64,000 bases of DNA from Alphaproteobacteria bacterium (GTDB taxonomy: Bacteria; Pseudomonadota; Alphaproteobacteria; UBA6615). The notes under the pieces were generated by a model. The model was not told where the DNA came from. It saw only the letters and a program-made list of their open reading frames with translations, and searched no databases. Within the stretch, counting starts at the first letter, position 1. The number at the start of each line of letters is the position of its first letter. Made by a program: the position numbers and the translations under genes. Shown here piece by piece: positions 9,822 to 20,061 of this stretch. The stretch is taken from NCBI GenBank assembly GCA_038137215.1, contig JAYQBG010000001.1, positions 40,145 through 104,144 on the forward strand. Direction: 5' to 3'.

Positions 9822-12065
9822 ATGGCTGAACTCTCAGAAATTCAGGCGAAATACCTGCCGGTGGCGCAGGACCTGCCGAGCCCGGTGTTTACCGACGATC
9901 ACCCGGCGGGCAACGCGCGCGCGAATTTCGAGCTGGTGTCGGACTACAAGCCCGCCGGCGACCAGCCCCGGGCGATCGAGGACCTGATCGCCGGCCTGGA
10001 CGCCGATGAAAAGGATCAGGTGCTGCTGGGTGTGACCGGGTCGGGCAAGACCTTCACCATGGCCCATGTGATCGAGCGGACGGGCCGTCCGGCCCTACTC
10101 CTGGCCCCTAACAAGACACTGGCCGCCCAGCTGTTTGCGGAGATGAAGGGCTTCTTCCCGAACAACGCGGTCGAGTATTTCGTCTCCTATTACGACTATT
10201 ACCAGCCCGAGGCCTATGTCCCACGCTCGGACACCTATATCGAGAAGGAATCCTCGATCAACGAGCAGATCGACCGGATGCGCCATTCCGCAACCCGTGT
10301 CCTGTTCGAACGGCGCGATGTGATCATCGTCGCCTCGGTGTCCTGTATCTACGGCATCGGGGATGCAGAATCCTATCTGAAGATGACCAAGAACTACGCC
10401 GTCGGCGACCGTGTGGACAGCACGCAAATTCTGCGCGATCTGACCGAACTGCAGTACCGGCGCAACGACTCCAACTTCTATCGCGGCATGCTCCGCGCGC
10501 GCGGTGACACCATCGAAATTTTCCCGGCCCATCTGGAAGACCGGGCCTGGCGGCTGTCCCTGTTTGGCGACGAGATCGAATCCATCAAGGAGTTCGATCC
10601 GCTGACCGGGGCGAGCATGGCCGATCTGGAGACCATCAAGGTTTTCGCCAATTCCCATCACATCACGCCCAAGCCGTCCCTGCAGCAGGCGATCAAGACG
10701 ATCAAGGCCGAGCTCGACAGCCGGCTGACCCAGCTCAACGCCGAGGGGCGCCTGCTCGAGGCGCAACGGATCGAACAGCGCACCACCTTCGATCTGGAAA
10801 TGATCGCGGCAACAGGCGTGTGTCCGGGTATCGAGAACTACTCGCGCCATCTCACCGGCCGCAGCCCGGGTGAGCCGCCGCCCACCCTGTTCGAGTATCT
10901 GCCGCAGGATGCACTTCTCTTTGTCGATGAATCTCACATCACCGTGCCCCAGGTGGGCGGCATGTTCCGGGGCGACCTGTCGCGCAAGGGCACGCTGGCC
11001 GAGTTCGGCTTCCGCCTGCCCTCCTGCGTAGACAACCGACCGCTCAAATTCGAGGAATGGTACGCCATGCGGCCCCAGACGATTTACGTCTCGGCGACCC
11101 CGGGCGACTGGGAGCTGGAGCAGACCGGCGGTGTCTTCGCCGAGCAAGTCGTGCGCCCGACGGGGCTGACGGACCCGGTCTGCATTGTCCGGCCGGTCGG
11201 GACCCAAGTCGATGACCTGATCGCGGAATGTCAGGAGGTCACGGCCAAGGGTGGCCGCGTTCTGGTCACGACGCTGACCAAACGCATGTCGGAGGATCTG
11301 ACCGAATACATGCACGAGCAGGGCCTGAAAGTCCGCTACATGCATTCCGATATCGATACGCTCGAACGGATCGAGATTCTGCGCGATCTGCGCCTCGGCA
11401 CCTTCGATATTCTTATCGGCATCAATCTGTTGCGCGAGGGCCTCGACATTCCCGAATGTGCGCTGGTGGCCATTCTGGATGCCGACAAGGAAGGCTATCT
11501 CCGCTCCAAGACCTCGCTGGTGCAGACCATCGGCCGCGCCGCGCGCAACGTGGACGGCCGGGTGATCCTCTATGCCGACACCATGACCGACAGTCTGACC
11601 GCGGCCCTGGATGAAACCGCACGGCGGCGCGAGAAGCAGCAGGCCTACAACGCCGCGAACGGCATCACTCCGGAATCGATCCGCTCGAATATCTCCGACA
11701 TCCTGCAAAGCGTGTTCGAGCGCGACCGGGTCACCGTCGAGACCGAGGATGACGAAACCAGCCATCTCGTCGGCAAGGATCTGCAGACCTATATCGGCGA
11801 ACTGGAACAGCGGATGCAGACGGCCGCTGCCGATCTGGAGTTCGAGGAAGCCGCCCGGCTGCGCGACGAGATCAAACGTCTGGAAGAGCAGGAACTGGCC
11901 TCCATGGGCGCCGACCTGGACGGCTCACCCTGGCGGGAGGGCAATGACGCCGAAGCCGGACTTCGGGCTCAGCGCGCCGCCCGCACCAAAGCGAATATGA
12001 CCGCCAAACCGCAGCGCGGCTCCGGCAAGGACGGGCGAAAGCGCCGCAGCCGCCGCGGACCTTGA
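9822..12065 (+). CDS. uvrB: excinuclease ABC subunit B
   Basis: 747 aa; helicase motifs [22 protein letters not shown]; UVR domain [17 protein letters not shown] followed by a ~60 aa basic C-terminal extension. Confidence 0.95.
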   Translation: MAELSEIQAKYLPVAQDLPSPVFTDDHPAGNARANFELVSDYKPAGDQPRAIEDLIAGLDADEKDQVLLGVTGSGKTFTMAHVIERTGRPALLLAPNKTLAAQLFAEMKGFFPNNAVEYFVSYYDYYQPEAYVPRSDTYIEKESSINEQIDRMRHSATRVLFERRDVIIVASVSCIYGIGDAESYLKMTKNYAVGDRVDSTQILRDLTELQYRRNDSNFYRGMLRARGDTIEIFPAHLEDRAWRLSLFGDEIESIKEFDPLTGASMADLETIKVFANSHHITPKPSLQQAIKTIKAELDSRLTQLNAEGRLLEAQRIEQRTTFDLEMIAATGVCPGIENYSRHLTGRSPGEPPPTLFEYLPQDALLFVDESHITVPQVGGMFRGDLSRKGTLAEFGFRLPSCVDNRPLKFEEWYAMRPQTIYVSATPGDWELEQTGGVFAEQVVRPTGLTDPVCIVRPVGTQVDDLIAECQEVTAKGGRVLVTTLTKRMSEDLTEYMHEQGLKVRYMHSDIDTLERIEILRDLRLGTFDILIGINLLREGLDIPECALVAILDADKEGYLRSKTSLVQTIGRAARNVDGRVILYADTMTDSLTAALDETARRREKQQAYNAANGITPESIRSNISDILQSVFERDRVTVETEDDETSHLVGKDLQTYIGELEQRMQTAAADLEFEEAARLRDEIKRLEEQELASMGADLDGSPWREGNDAEAGLRAQRAARTKANMTAKPQRGSGKDGRKRRSRRGP

Positions 12066-12066
12066 G

Positions 12067-12477
12067 TTAGATTTCCCCGATCTGCTCCATCAGCGCCAGC
12101 CGGTCGCCCAGCACCCAGACCTTGTTGATCTTCCCGCCGGCCATGGTGAACATCGCCACGCCAGCATATTCGATCCACCGGCCCGTGGGCGCATGATCGA
12201 ACAGCCTGCCTTCATGGGTGCCGGTATAGGTCAGACGGGCCACCGCGCGGTCTTCGGTGACAATGGTTTCCTCGATCGCGTTGTGAAAGTCGGGGAAGGC
12301 ATCCCGGATCGTCTGCATATATCCCGCGAAGGCTTCATGACCGGTCACATGCAGACCGATCGACCCGCGGAAATCGATCTTTGGGTCGAGAATTTCGCGC
12401 ATCACCGCGTCGTCCCAGGTGTTCCACATGACATTGAAGAAGGTCTCGACGAGACGGTGATTGTCAGGGGCAGACAT
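12067..12477 (-). CDS. SnoaL-like / ester cyclase (NTF2 fold) family protein
   Basis: 136 aa; FFNVMWNTWDDAVMREILDPKIDFRGSIGLHVTGHEAFAGYMQTIRDAFPDFH pattern typical of ester cyclase family. Confidence 0.65.
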   Translation of the reverse strand: MSAPDNHRLVETFFNVMWNTWDDAVMREILDPKIDFRGSIGLHVTGHEAFAGYMQTIRDAFPDFHNAIEETIVTEDRAVARLTYTGTHEGRLFDHAPTGRWIEYAGVAMFTMAGGKINKVWVLGDRLALMEQIGEI

Positions 12478-12488
12478 GGGCAGCGCCG

Positions 12489-13004
12489 CTACTTCTTCTT
12501 TTTGCGCTTCACGAACAGATCCGCCATCCAGCTCCGGATATCGAGCCGTTCCTTATACTTCTGATGGTAGTCCTCGGCCTCCCAGAAGGTCGGGGCCGGC
12601 TGGATGGTGGTCACGATCGGTTCCTCATACTTTCCCGATGCGTCCTTGGCAGCCTTCGATTCGCGTGCCACCCGTGCCTGATACTCATCATGGGTGAAAA
12701 TCGCAGAGCGGTACTGGGTGCCGATGTCCTTGTCCTGGCGGTTCAGCTGGGTCGGGTCGTGAATCTCCCAGAAGATATCGAGCAGGGTTTCATAGGTGAC
12801 GACCGTGGGATCAAACTCCAGATGCACAACCTCGGCATGACCCGTATCGCCTGTGCAGACATCTTCATAGGTCGGATTTTGCGTGTGGCCGCCGGTGTAG
12901 CCGGCCCAGGACTTGTTCACGCCCTCGACCTGATCGAAGATCTGTTGTGAGTACCAGAAGCGGCCGGTCCCGAATGTCGCAAGCGCCACGTATCTTCTGT
13001 TCAT
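12489..13004 (-). CDS. msrA: peptide-methionine (S)-S-oxide reductase MsrA homolog lacking the catalytic Cys (GCFWG motif reads GRFWY)
   Basis: Strong MsrA blocks YTGGHTQNPTYEDVCTGDTGHAEVV and GTQYRSAIF; N-terminal motif verified in DNA as ggc cgc ttc tgg tac; poly-Lys C-terminus. Confidence 0.8.
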   Translation of the reverse strand: MNRRYVALATFGTGRFWYSQQIFDQVEGVNKSWAGYTGGHTQNPTYEDVCTGDTGHAEVVHLEFDPTVVTYETLLDIFWEIHDPTQLNRQDKDIGTQYRSAIFTHDEYQARVARESKAAKDASGKYEEPIVTTIQPAPTFWEAEDYHQKYKERLDIRSWMADLFVKRKKKK

Positions 13005-13045
13005 GTCGAAATTCCTTCTACCCGTGGGGTCAGCCGCGCCGCCAC

Positions 13046-13875
13046 CTAGGCGGCGGGCGGTCCCGTCAGGACGGCGATCCGTCCGCCGCTCATCAACTCG
13101 ACCCCTGCGCCCTTGAGGGCGGCATAGGCGGCCCGGTTCACCTCGAAACGGGTCCGGAAGTAGCGTGAGCTCGGCACTCAGTACCGCAGGCCAAGAATGA
13201 TCGCACCATAGCCGAAATCATGAATTCCGACCTGGGGATCACCCCCTCAGCCAGGTTCGGAAAATCCTCGAGCGCCGCCGCGATAGCCGAAATAGCCACT
13301 TCCGGGTCGCTGGCGGCCGCGATAACGATCTGGGATTCGACGATCCGATGAGTGTCCGAGTTGACCAGAATCTCACCCACAACCTTCCGGTTGGGAATCG
13401 TGATGCGCTCCTGATCCTCGCCGATGAGAGTGGTTGCCGAAAGGTTGACTTCGTCAACGACACCACTGACATCCTGAACCAAAATGGTGTCCCCGACGGT
13501 GAAAGGGCGGGTGAGGATGATGACCAGCCCGGCGCCGTAGTTCGAGACCGGCCCCTGAATAGCGAAAGACAGGCCAAGGGCCGCCGCACCGCCCAGAGCG
13601 ACCAGCGGAGCGATATCGATCCCGAAATTGCTGAGGGTAATGATGACGACGATCACCATCAGAACGATCTTCACCACAATCCCGGCAAACCGCGAGAGGG
13701 TGACATCGATCTTGCGCCGCTCGCACAGGACGACCACCCGGCGGCTGAGGAACCCGGCGACCTTCAGACCGATCAGCAGGATGACCAGCGCGCCAATCAG
13801 CTGCAAGCCATAGGCAATGGCGAATTCCGACGCGACGTCGATGATGTTGCTGATCATCTGAATTTGCGGTTCCAT
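13046..13875 (-). pseudogene. small-conductance mechanosensitive channel MscS family, disrupted (frameshift in G5 run at 13242..13246 and in-frame TGA at 13178..13180)
   Basis: N-terminal 3-TM and beta-domain region matches MscS; after a +1/-1 shift at GGGGG the conserved C-terminal domain DPQVGIHDFGYGAIILGLRY*VPSSRYFRTRFEVNRAAYAALKGAGVELMSGG reads through a TGA exactly where MscS homologs have Trp (RVW/RYW). Confidence 0.7.
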
Positions 13876-14115
13876 GCCAAATTTCCTTGCGAGGCCGCGA
13901 TCCGGATCGGCAATTTATCGACATTCGGCCCATGCGGCCATGCCGTCCTTCATGATCCGCACCATGGGCGGCGGCAAAGCGCGGGCGCCGCGAACAGGAA
14001 CCCCAGAATTCTCTTGAAAACACGCCGCGCCATCGCGATGTAGTTCGGGCATTGCGACCGTCCTGCCGGGCGGGCCCAACGGGACACAGATTCCGGGAGA
14101 GATAATATCAGCTAT

Positions 14116-15078
14116 ATGGGTTTCCTTCTGGCCGCCATCGGACTGGCGCTGCTTCTGTTTTCGGCAGACTACATGGTGCGCGGGGCGGTCGGCGTGGCCC
14201 GGCGAATTGGTTTGTCGCCGCTGATTATCGGTCTCAGCGTGGTCGCCACCGGCACCTCCGCGCCCGAACTGGTGACAACCCTGACCGCGACGCTCGAAGG
14301 CGCCCCTGACCTGGCGCTCGGCAATGTCATCGGCAGCAATCTGGCCAATATGCTCCTGATTCTTGGGGTTGCCGCCCTGTTGCAACCGGTCACCTGTGCG
14401 CCGCGGGTGATCGCGCGTGACGGCTCCATGGTGCTGGTCGCCACGGTTCTGTTTGTGGGTGTGGCCATGACCGGCGTGATCGTCTTCTGGCACGGCCTCG
14501 TGCTGCTTGGCGCGCTCTTCGCCTATCTAGCCTATACTTATCAGGCCGAACGCAAATCCGAGGCTGACAGCCTGCACGCCAAGGAGGTCGAGGAGGTTTC
14601 GGGTGTGCCCGAACGGGCCTGGGTCGCAACAGGGCTACTGATCGGTGGCCTGATCGGGACCATCGTCGGCGCGCAATTGCTGGTGACCGGCGGTGTCACC
14701 GTTGCCGAATCACTGGGCGTTTCCAAAACCGTCATCGGCCTTACACTCGTGGCCATCGGCACCAGTCTGCCCGAACTCGCGATCGTGGTCGTGGCCAGCA
14801 TGCGCGGCCACACCGATGTCGCCCTGGGCAATGTTCTCGGCAGCAACATCTTCAACCTGCTCGGGATCACCGGCGTGGTCGCACTCGTCTCACCCCTCGA
14901 GGTGTCTGCGAGCCTGCTGCAGTTCGATATCTGGCTGTTGCTCGGCGTGACCGTGTTGCTGATTCCCCTGATGCTGACCGGCGGCCGCCTGTCCCGCCGC
15001 GAGGGTGCGCTTCTGCTTTTTCTCTACGTGGGCTTCCTGGCGTTTCAGTCCGAGAATGTGCGCGGCCTGATCCTCTAG
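14116..15078 (+). CDS. Ca2+/Na+ antiporter, CaCA family (YrbG-like)
   Basis: 320 aa; two alpha-repeat motifs GTSAPELV and GTSLPELA, 10 predicted TM segments. Confidence 0.85.
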   Translation: MGFLLAAIGLALLLFSADYMVRGAVGVARRIGLSPLIIGLSVVATGTSAPELVTTLTATLEGAPDLALGNVIGSNLANMLLILGVAALLQPVTCAPRVIARDGSMVLVATVLFVGVAMTGVIVFWHGLVLLGALFAYLAYTYQAERKSEADSLHAKEVEEVSGVPERAWVATGLLIGGLIGTIVGAQLLVTGGVTVAESLGVSKTVIGLTLVAIGTSLPELAIVVVASMRGHTDVALGNVLGSNIFNLLGITGVVALVSPLEVSASLLQFDIWLLLGVTVLLIPLMLTGGRLSRREGALLLFLYVGFLAFQSENVRGLIL

Positions 15079-15362
15079 GCGATTTGCGCACAACCAAATG
15101 CCAGACAAGTCACTGTTTTGAAACATTTTTTGAAAGCCCGGGCCATCGCACCCATGGCGTTTCAGAGCGATTTTATAAGTGGAAACAGCACGCTGTCTGG
15201 GCGCCCATTTTTTGGGCAACCCGGTAAACTCGCAATGATTTCCGGGGTAAGTGACAATCTGCGGCCCATCGCTACACAGACTTATCCACGTGAACGGGGG
15301 ACAACACGTTTCGCCATTCACCGGTTGTGAAGGCCCCCTTGGCACGGGTATTTAGCTATCTG

Positions 15363-17387
15363 ATGACTGATACCGCCGAGAACCAACCCACGACCGAAAC
15401 GGACACGTCCGCGCCCGGGAACGGGCTGGACGTGATCCGCGCGCGGTTGCGGACCCTGCCCGAAGGACCCGGCGTCTATCGCATGCTGAATGGTGACGGA
15501 GACGCGCTGTACGTTGGCAAGGCGCGCAACCTGAAACGCCGGGTGACCAACTACACCCAGTTGACGCGCCTGCCCTATCGCCTGCAGCGCATGGTGGCCG
15601 AGACCGTCGAGCTGGAGATTGTCACCACCCACACCGAGGCTGAGGCGCTGCTCCTCGAATCCAACCTCATCAAGCGGCTGGCCCCGCGCTACAATGTGCT
15701 GCTGCGCGACGACAAGAGCTTTCCCTATATCCTGCTCACCGGCCACATGGACCGGCAGACCAGCAAGACCGGGGCCGACCCCAATGTACGCAAAGCCCGG
15801 AAAGATCTCAAATCCCGGCGTCAAAACCGGGCCGGGCCCGATCCGGCCGACTGGCCGGGCGTGGTCAAATACCGCGGCGCGCGCACATTGCCGGGTGAGT
15901 ATTTCGGGCCCTTTGCATCGGCCGGTGCCGTCAATCGCACTCTCAATGCGCTCGAGCGCGCCTTCCTGCTGCGCAGTTGCTCCGACGCTGTCTTCTCGGG
16001 CCGCAGCCGCCCCTGCCTCAAATATCAGCTCAAGCGCTGTGTGGCACCCTGTGTCGGGCATGTCACGGAAGACGACTACAATCTCCTGATCGATCAGGCG
16101 CGCAGCTTTCTGACAGGCCGATCCCGCGAGATACAGGACGAGCTTGCCGCCGCCATGCAGGACGCTTCCGACCGCATGGAATTCGAGGCCGCCGCCCGCT
16201 ACCGCGACCGCATCCGCGCCATGACGCAAATTCAGTCCCATCAGGACATCAACATTGAGAATCTGGACATCCGCGACGCCGATATCGTGGCCGCCGAAGA
16301 AAGCGGCGGGCGCATCTGTATTCAGGTCTTCTTCTTCCGGTCCGGCCGCAACTACGGCAACCGGGCCTATTTTCCGCGACACGACAAATCAGAGGATATC
16401 GAGGCCGTACTTACGGCGTTTCTCGGCCAGTTCTACGAGAACAAACCGGCGCCGCCGGATATTTTGCTGAGTCACAAGCTGCCCGAGATCGATCTGATTG
16501 CCGAAGCACTCAGCGTGCGGACCGAGCGTAAGGTCTCCGCTTCTGTCCCCCAACGCGGCGCCAAGCGGAAGCTTGTCGATCACACCCGCACCAATGCACG
16601 CGATGCCCTCGAACGCCGGCTGGCGGAAAGCGCGACCACCCGCGACCTGATGGCCCAGGTCGGCGAACTGTTCGGGCTCGATTCACCGCCCGAACGGATC
16701 GAAGTCTATGACAATTCCCACGTCCAGGGCTCTCATGCGACCGGGGCGATGATTGTGGCGGGACCGGACGGCTTCATCAAACCGGCCTATCGTCGGTTCA
16801 ACATGCGCGGCGCGGCCACGAAGGATCGCGACGGATACAGCCCCGGCGATGATTTTGCGATGATGAACGAAGTCCTCACCCGGCGATTTTCCCGCGCCCT
16901 GAAAGAAGACCCGGACCGTACGAAAGGCCAGTGGCCGGACCTTATCCTGATCGATGGCGGCAAGGGTCAGCTCTCATCTGCGGCAAACGCACTCTCGGAG
17001 CTGGGAATCGATGATGTGCCCATCGTCGGGATTGCCAAGGGGCCCGACCGGGATGCAGGCCGTGAACATTTCTTCACCGTTGATGGCGATCCGGACGGGT
17101 TCCAGCTTCCGCCGCGCGACCCGGTTCTCTACTATCTGCAACGACTTCGGGATGAATCGCACAGGTTCGTGATCGGCGGACATCGACAGAAACGATCACG
17201 CGCGATCACGCATAACCCGCTCGACGAGATTCCCGGTATCGGCGCGCGGCGCAAGCGGGCCCTACTCAACCATTTCGGCTCAGCCCGCGCGGTGTCCGAA
17301 GCCGGGCTTCAGGATCTGGAAAAGGTGGACGGCATCAACAATACCGTGGCACGTCGTATATACGATTTCTTTCATACGGCCGCCTGA
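15363..17387 (+). CDS. uvrC: excinuclease ABC subunit C
   Basis: GIY-YIG motif GVYRMLNGDGDALYVGKARNLKRRV, UvrBC-interaction and RNase H-like/HhH C-terminus; alternative GTG start at 15327; contains a ~30 aa Lys/Arg-rich insertion after FPYILLTGH. Confidence 0.9.
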   Translation: MTDTAENQPTTETDTSAPGNGLDVIRARLRTLPEGPGVYRMLNGDGDALYVGKARNLKRRVTNYTQLTRLPYRLQRMVAETVELEIVTTHTEAEALLLESNLIKRLAPRYNVLLRDDKSFPYILLTGHMDRQTSKTGADPNVRKARKDLKSRRQNRAGPDPADWPGVVKYRGARTLPGEYFGPFASAGAVNRTLNALERAFLLRSCSDAVFSGRSRPCLKYQLKRCVAPCVGHVTEDDYNLLIDQARSFLTGRSREIQDELAAAMQDASDRMEFEAAARYRDRIRAMTQIQSHQDINIENLDIRDADIVAAEESGGRICIQVFFFRSGRNYGNRAYFPRHDKSEDIEAVLTAFLGQFYENKPAPPDILLSHKLPEIDLIAEALSVRTERKVSASVPQRGAKRKLVDHTRTNARDALERRLAESATTRDLMAQVGELFGLDSPPERIEVYDNSHVQGSHATGAMIVAGPDGFIKPAYRRFNMRGAATKDRDGYSPGDDFAMMNEVLTRRFSRALKEDPDRTKGQWPDLILIDGGKGQLSSAANALSELGIDDVPIVGIAKGPDRDAGREHFFTVDGDPDGFQLPPRDPVLYYLQRLRDESHRFVIGGHRQKRSRAITHNPLDEIPGIGARRKRALLNHFGSARAVSEAGLQDLEKVDGINNTVARRIYDFFHTAA

Positions 17388-17403
17388 CTCGACGGCAAAA
17401 CGG

Positions 17404-17970
17404 ATGCACCAGATGACCATCCCGAATCTGCTGACGTTTTCACGGGTCGCCCTGATCCCGTTGCTGATCCTTCTGCTGTTTCTTGAAGGTGTGCAATTCC
17501 GCTGGTGGGCCGTCGGACTCTTCGCATTTCTGGCGATCACCGACTATCTGGATGGGTATCTCGCCCGGAAACTGCATCAGCACAGCGAGCTGGGTGCGCT
17601 GATCGATCCCATTGCCGACAAGGTCCTGGTGGGGGCAATCGTCATCGCGCTGGTCGGCACCGGTGACATCGCACGCTGGGACATCGCCGGGGCAATTCTG
17701 ATCCTGAGCCGCGAATTTCTGGTTTCGGGACTGCGTGAATTTCTGGCGCTGCGCAATCTGCCGCTGCCGGTCACCAGGCTCGCGAAATGGAAGACAACCG
17801 TGCAGCTCGTCGCGATCACACTCTACCTTCTGCCCCCGCTTGGCATCGCCGGGCAATCGGGGATCACATCGGCCGTGTGGTGGCTTGCCACGGTGCTGAC
17901 GCTGGTCACCGGATACGACTACGTCACAACTGCCACCCGGCGGCTCTCAGATCGCAGTCCGGAGCGCTGA
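17404..17970 (+). CDS. pgsA: CDP-diacylglycerol--glycerol-3-phosphate 3-phosphatidyltransferase
   Basis: CDP-alcohol phosphotransferase motif DYLDGYLAR ... GALIDPIADK. Confidence 0.85.
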   Translation: MHQMTIPNLLTFSRVALIPLLILLLFLEGVQFRWWAVGLFAFLAITDYLDGYLARKLHQHSELGALIDPIADKVLVGAIVIALVGTGDIARWDIAGAILILSREFLVSGLREFLALRNLPLPVTRLAKWKTTVQLVAITLYLLPPLGIAGQSGITSAVWWLATVLTLVTGYDYVTTATRRLSDRSPER

Positions 17971-17971
17971 C

Positions 17972-18520
17972 GTGAACGCCGAGACAAAGATTGCGGGCAT
18001 CGTCGGCTGGCACAACAGCGGCAAGACCACCCTCCTGGTGGCCGTCGTTGAGGAGCTCGTGTCACGCGGCCATCGCGTCTCGACGGTCAAACACGCGCAT
18101 CACGCCCTCGATGTGGACACGCCCGGCAAGGATTCCTGGCGGCATCGCAACGCCGGCGCGACGGAGGTCATGGTCGGATCCAAATCACGCTGGGCCCTGA
18201 TGCACGAACTGCGCGGTGCAGCGGAACCGGATCTGGACACGCTGATCGCCCGAATGAGCCCTGTCGATCTCGTGCTGGTCGAGGGCTTCAAGACCGCGCA
18301 GCATGACAAGATCGAGGTGTATCGGGACGGAATTGAAGAACCACCCATCGCTTATACCGACAGCCGGGTGGTGGCTGTCGCGAGCGATGTCCGCCTCGAA
18401 CGCCTTGGCAAGGGCGTGACCCGGCTCAATATCAACGAGCCTCGCGCGGTCGCCGATTTCATCGAACACCATTGGGCGTTGCAGCACCGCACCCCGGCGC
18501 AGTCCCCGCAGCGAAGCTGA
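17972..18520 (+). CDS. mobB: molybdopterin-guanine dinucleotide biosynthesis adapter MobB
   Basis: P-loop GIVGWHNSGKTTL and MobB family body. Confidence 0.85.
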   Translation: MNAETKIAGIVGWHNSGKTTLLVAVVEELVSRGHRVSTVKHAHHALDVDTPGKDSWRHRNAGATEVMVGSKSRWALMHELRGAAEPDLDTLIARMSPVDLVLVEGFKTAQHDKIEVYRDGIEEPPIAYTDSRVVAVASDVRLERLGKGVTRLNINEPRAVADFIEHHWALQHRTPAQSPQRS

Positions 18521-18523
18521 GCC

Positions 18524-19801
18524 ATGGCACAGCTTTCCGACGATTGTTTTGCCCCCGGTGAGGGACTGTTGCCCGCAGAGACGGCCCTTCAGACTCTGCA
18601 GGACCGGCTTGAGACCGTCGTGGAAACAGAAATCCTGTCGCTTCAGGATGCCGCCGGACGCATTCTCGCCCGGGACGTGATTTCCGAACGGGATGTCCCG
18701 CCCCACGACAATTCCGCCGTGGACGGATACGCGGTGTACTACAACGACCTGGCCGACAACGAGGATACCGAACTTCCGGTGATCGGCCGGGCAGCCGCCG
18801 GACAGCCCCTGGGCGGAGTCATGAACTCCGGGACGGCCCTGCGTATTTTCACCGGCGCCCCGATTCCGGGCGGCGCGGATGGCCCGGACACGATCTATAT
18901 GCAGGAAGACAGCCGGACCCGCACCGAGGGGGACACGACCTTTGTGATCCTGCCACCGGGAATTTCCCGCGGCGCCAATCGCCGGTCACGCGGGGAGGAT
19001 GTGCCGGCCGGGGAAACCGTGCTGCGCCGTGGCGACCGTCTGCGTCCGCAGGATATCGGACTTGCCGCCTCGCTCGGCCTCTGCGAACTCCATGTCTTCG
19101 CGCCCCTGACAGTCGGAGTCCTTTCCACGGGAGATGAGGTGTTTGAGCCGGGCGCCAGCATGCCGGAAGGCGGCATCTATGATGCGAACCGGCACGCCCT
19201 GATCGCGGTTCTCTCGGATATGGGATGTACCGTGAAGGATCTGGGAATCATCCCGGACCAGCCCGCAAAGATCGCCCGAGCCCTGAAATCCGCCGCCGAC
19301 ACCTGCGATGCCGTGATTTCAACCGCCGGCATGTCGGTCGGAGAAGAAGATCATCTGGCCGCCATGGTACGCGAGATGGGCTCGCTGTACTTCTGGAAGG
19401 TCGCCATCAAGCCCGGTCGACCGATCGCCTTCGGGCAGATTGGCCAAACGCCCTTTATCGGTCTGCCGGGCAACCCTGCCGCCATGATGGTCACGTTTCT
19501 GCGTATGGCACGCCCGGCATTGCTCCGGCTGGCCGGGCTCCGGGATGCCAGGCCCCGCCTCTATCCGGTCCGGGCCGGGTTTGCGCACCGCAAGAAAGAA
19601 AACCGCAGGGAATATGTCAGAGTGCATCTGGAAGACGGTGCCGATGGTATTCCGGTCGCCCGCAAACACCCGCGCAGCGGTGCCGGTATTCTCTCCTCGC
19701 TGGTGGGATCTGACGGTCTAGTTGAATTGCCCGAGGAGATGACCCAACTTTCGGAAGGAACAATGGTATCCTTTCTGCCCTTCACGGAAGTGGCCCGATG
19801 A
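18524..19801 (+). CDS. moeA: molybdopterin molybdotransferase MoeA
   Basis: 425 aa; gephyrin-like MoeA domain order, GGVSMG-like MSVGEEDHL block. Confidence 0.9.
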   Translation: MAQLSDDCFAPGEGLLPAETALQTLQDRLETVVETEILSLQDAAGRILARDVISERDVPPHDNSAVDGYAVYYNDLADNEDTELPVIGRAAAGQPLGGVMNSGTALRIFTGAPIPGGADGPDTIYMQEDSRTRTEGDTTFVILPPGISRGANRRSRGEDVPAGETVLRRGDRLRPQDIGLAASLGLCELHVFAPLTVGVLSTGDEVFEPGASMPEGGIYDANRHALIAVLSDMGCTVKDLGIIPDQPAKIARALKSAADTCDAVISTAGMSVGEEDHLAAMVREMGSLYFWKVAIKPGRPIAFGQIGQTPFIGLPGNPAAMMVTFLRMARPALLRLAGLRDARPRLYPVRAGFAHRKKENRREYVRVHLEDGADGIPVARKHPRSGAGILSSLVGSDGLVELPEEMTQLSEGTMVSFLPFTEVAR

Positions 19802-20049
19802 AAATTCTGTATTTTGCCTGGATGCGTCAGCGAACCGGCCTCTCCCACGAAGAGATCGATCTGCCCGAAACCGTCGCCACGGTGGATACCCTCGTGGACT
19901 GGCTGGAAACGCGCGGCGATGGCTACCGCGACGCCTTTGCCAAGCGCGAGGTGATCCGGGCTGCGGTCAATCAGGAATACGTACAATTCGACCATCCCGT
20001 CGCAAACGAAGACGAGATTGCATTCTTTCCGCCCGTAACGGGCGGCTAG
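19798..20049 (+). CDS. moaD: molybdopterin synthase sulfur-carrier subunit MoaD
   Basis: 83 aa ending in GG; overlaps moeA stop by 4 nt. Confidence 0.85.
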   Translation: MKILYFAWMRQRTGLSHEEIDLPETVATVDTLVDWLETRGDGYRDAFAKREVIRAAVNQEYVQFDHPVANEDEIAFFPPVTGG

Positions 20050-20061
20050 AGAGACCGTCCC

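Noticed and set aside
10095-11765. 556-aa minus-strand ORF inside uvrB
   Set aside because: uvrB on plus strand is certain; the antisense frame is a GC-skew artefact.
9700-15362. LexA (SOS) boxes upstream of uvrB and uvrC
   Set aside because: No GTTC-N7-GTTC or GAAC-N7-GAAC match found; nearest strings (GAACGGGGGACAACA) fail the second half-site.
15318-16382. 354-aa minus ORF antisense to uvrC; 15118..15330 plus ORF in the spacer
   Set aside because: Antisense to GIY-YIG region of uvrC; the spacer ORF has no RBS and homopolymeric codon usage.
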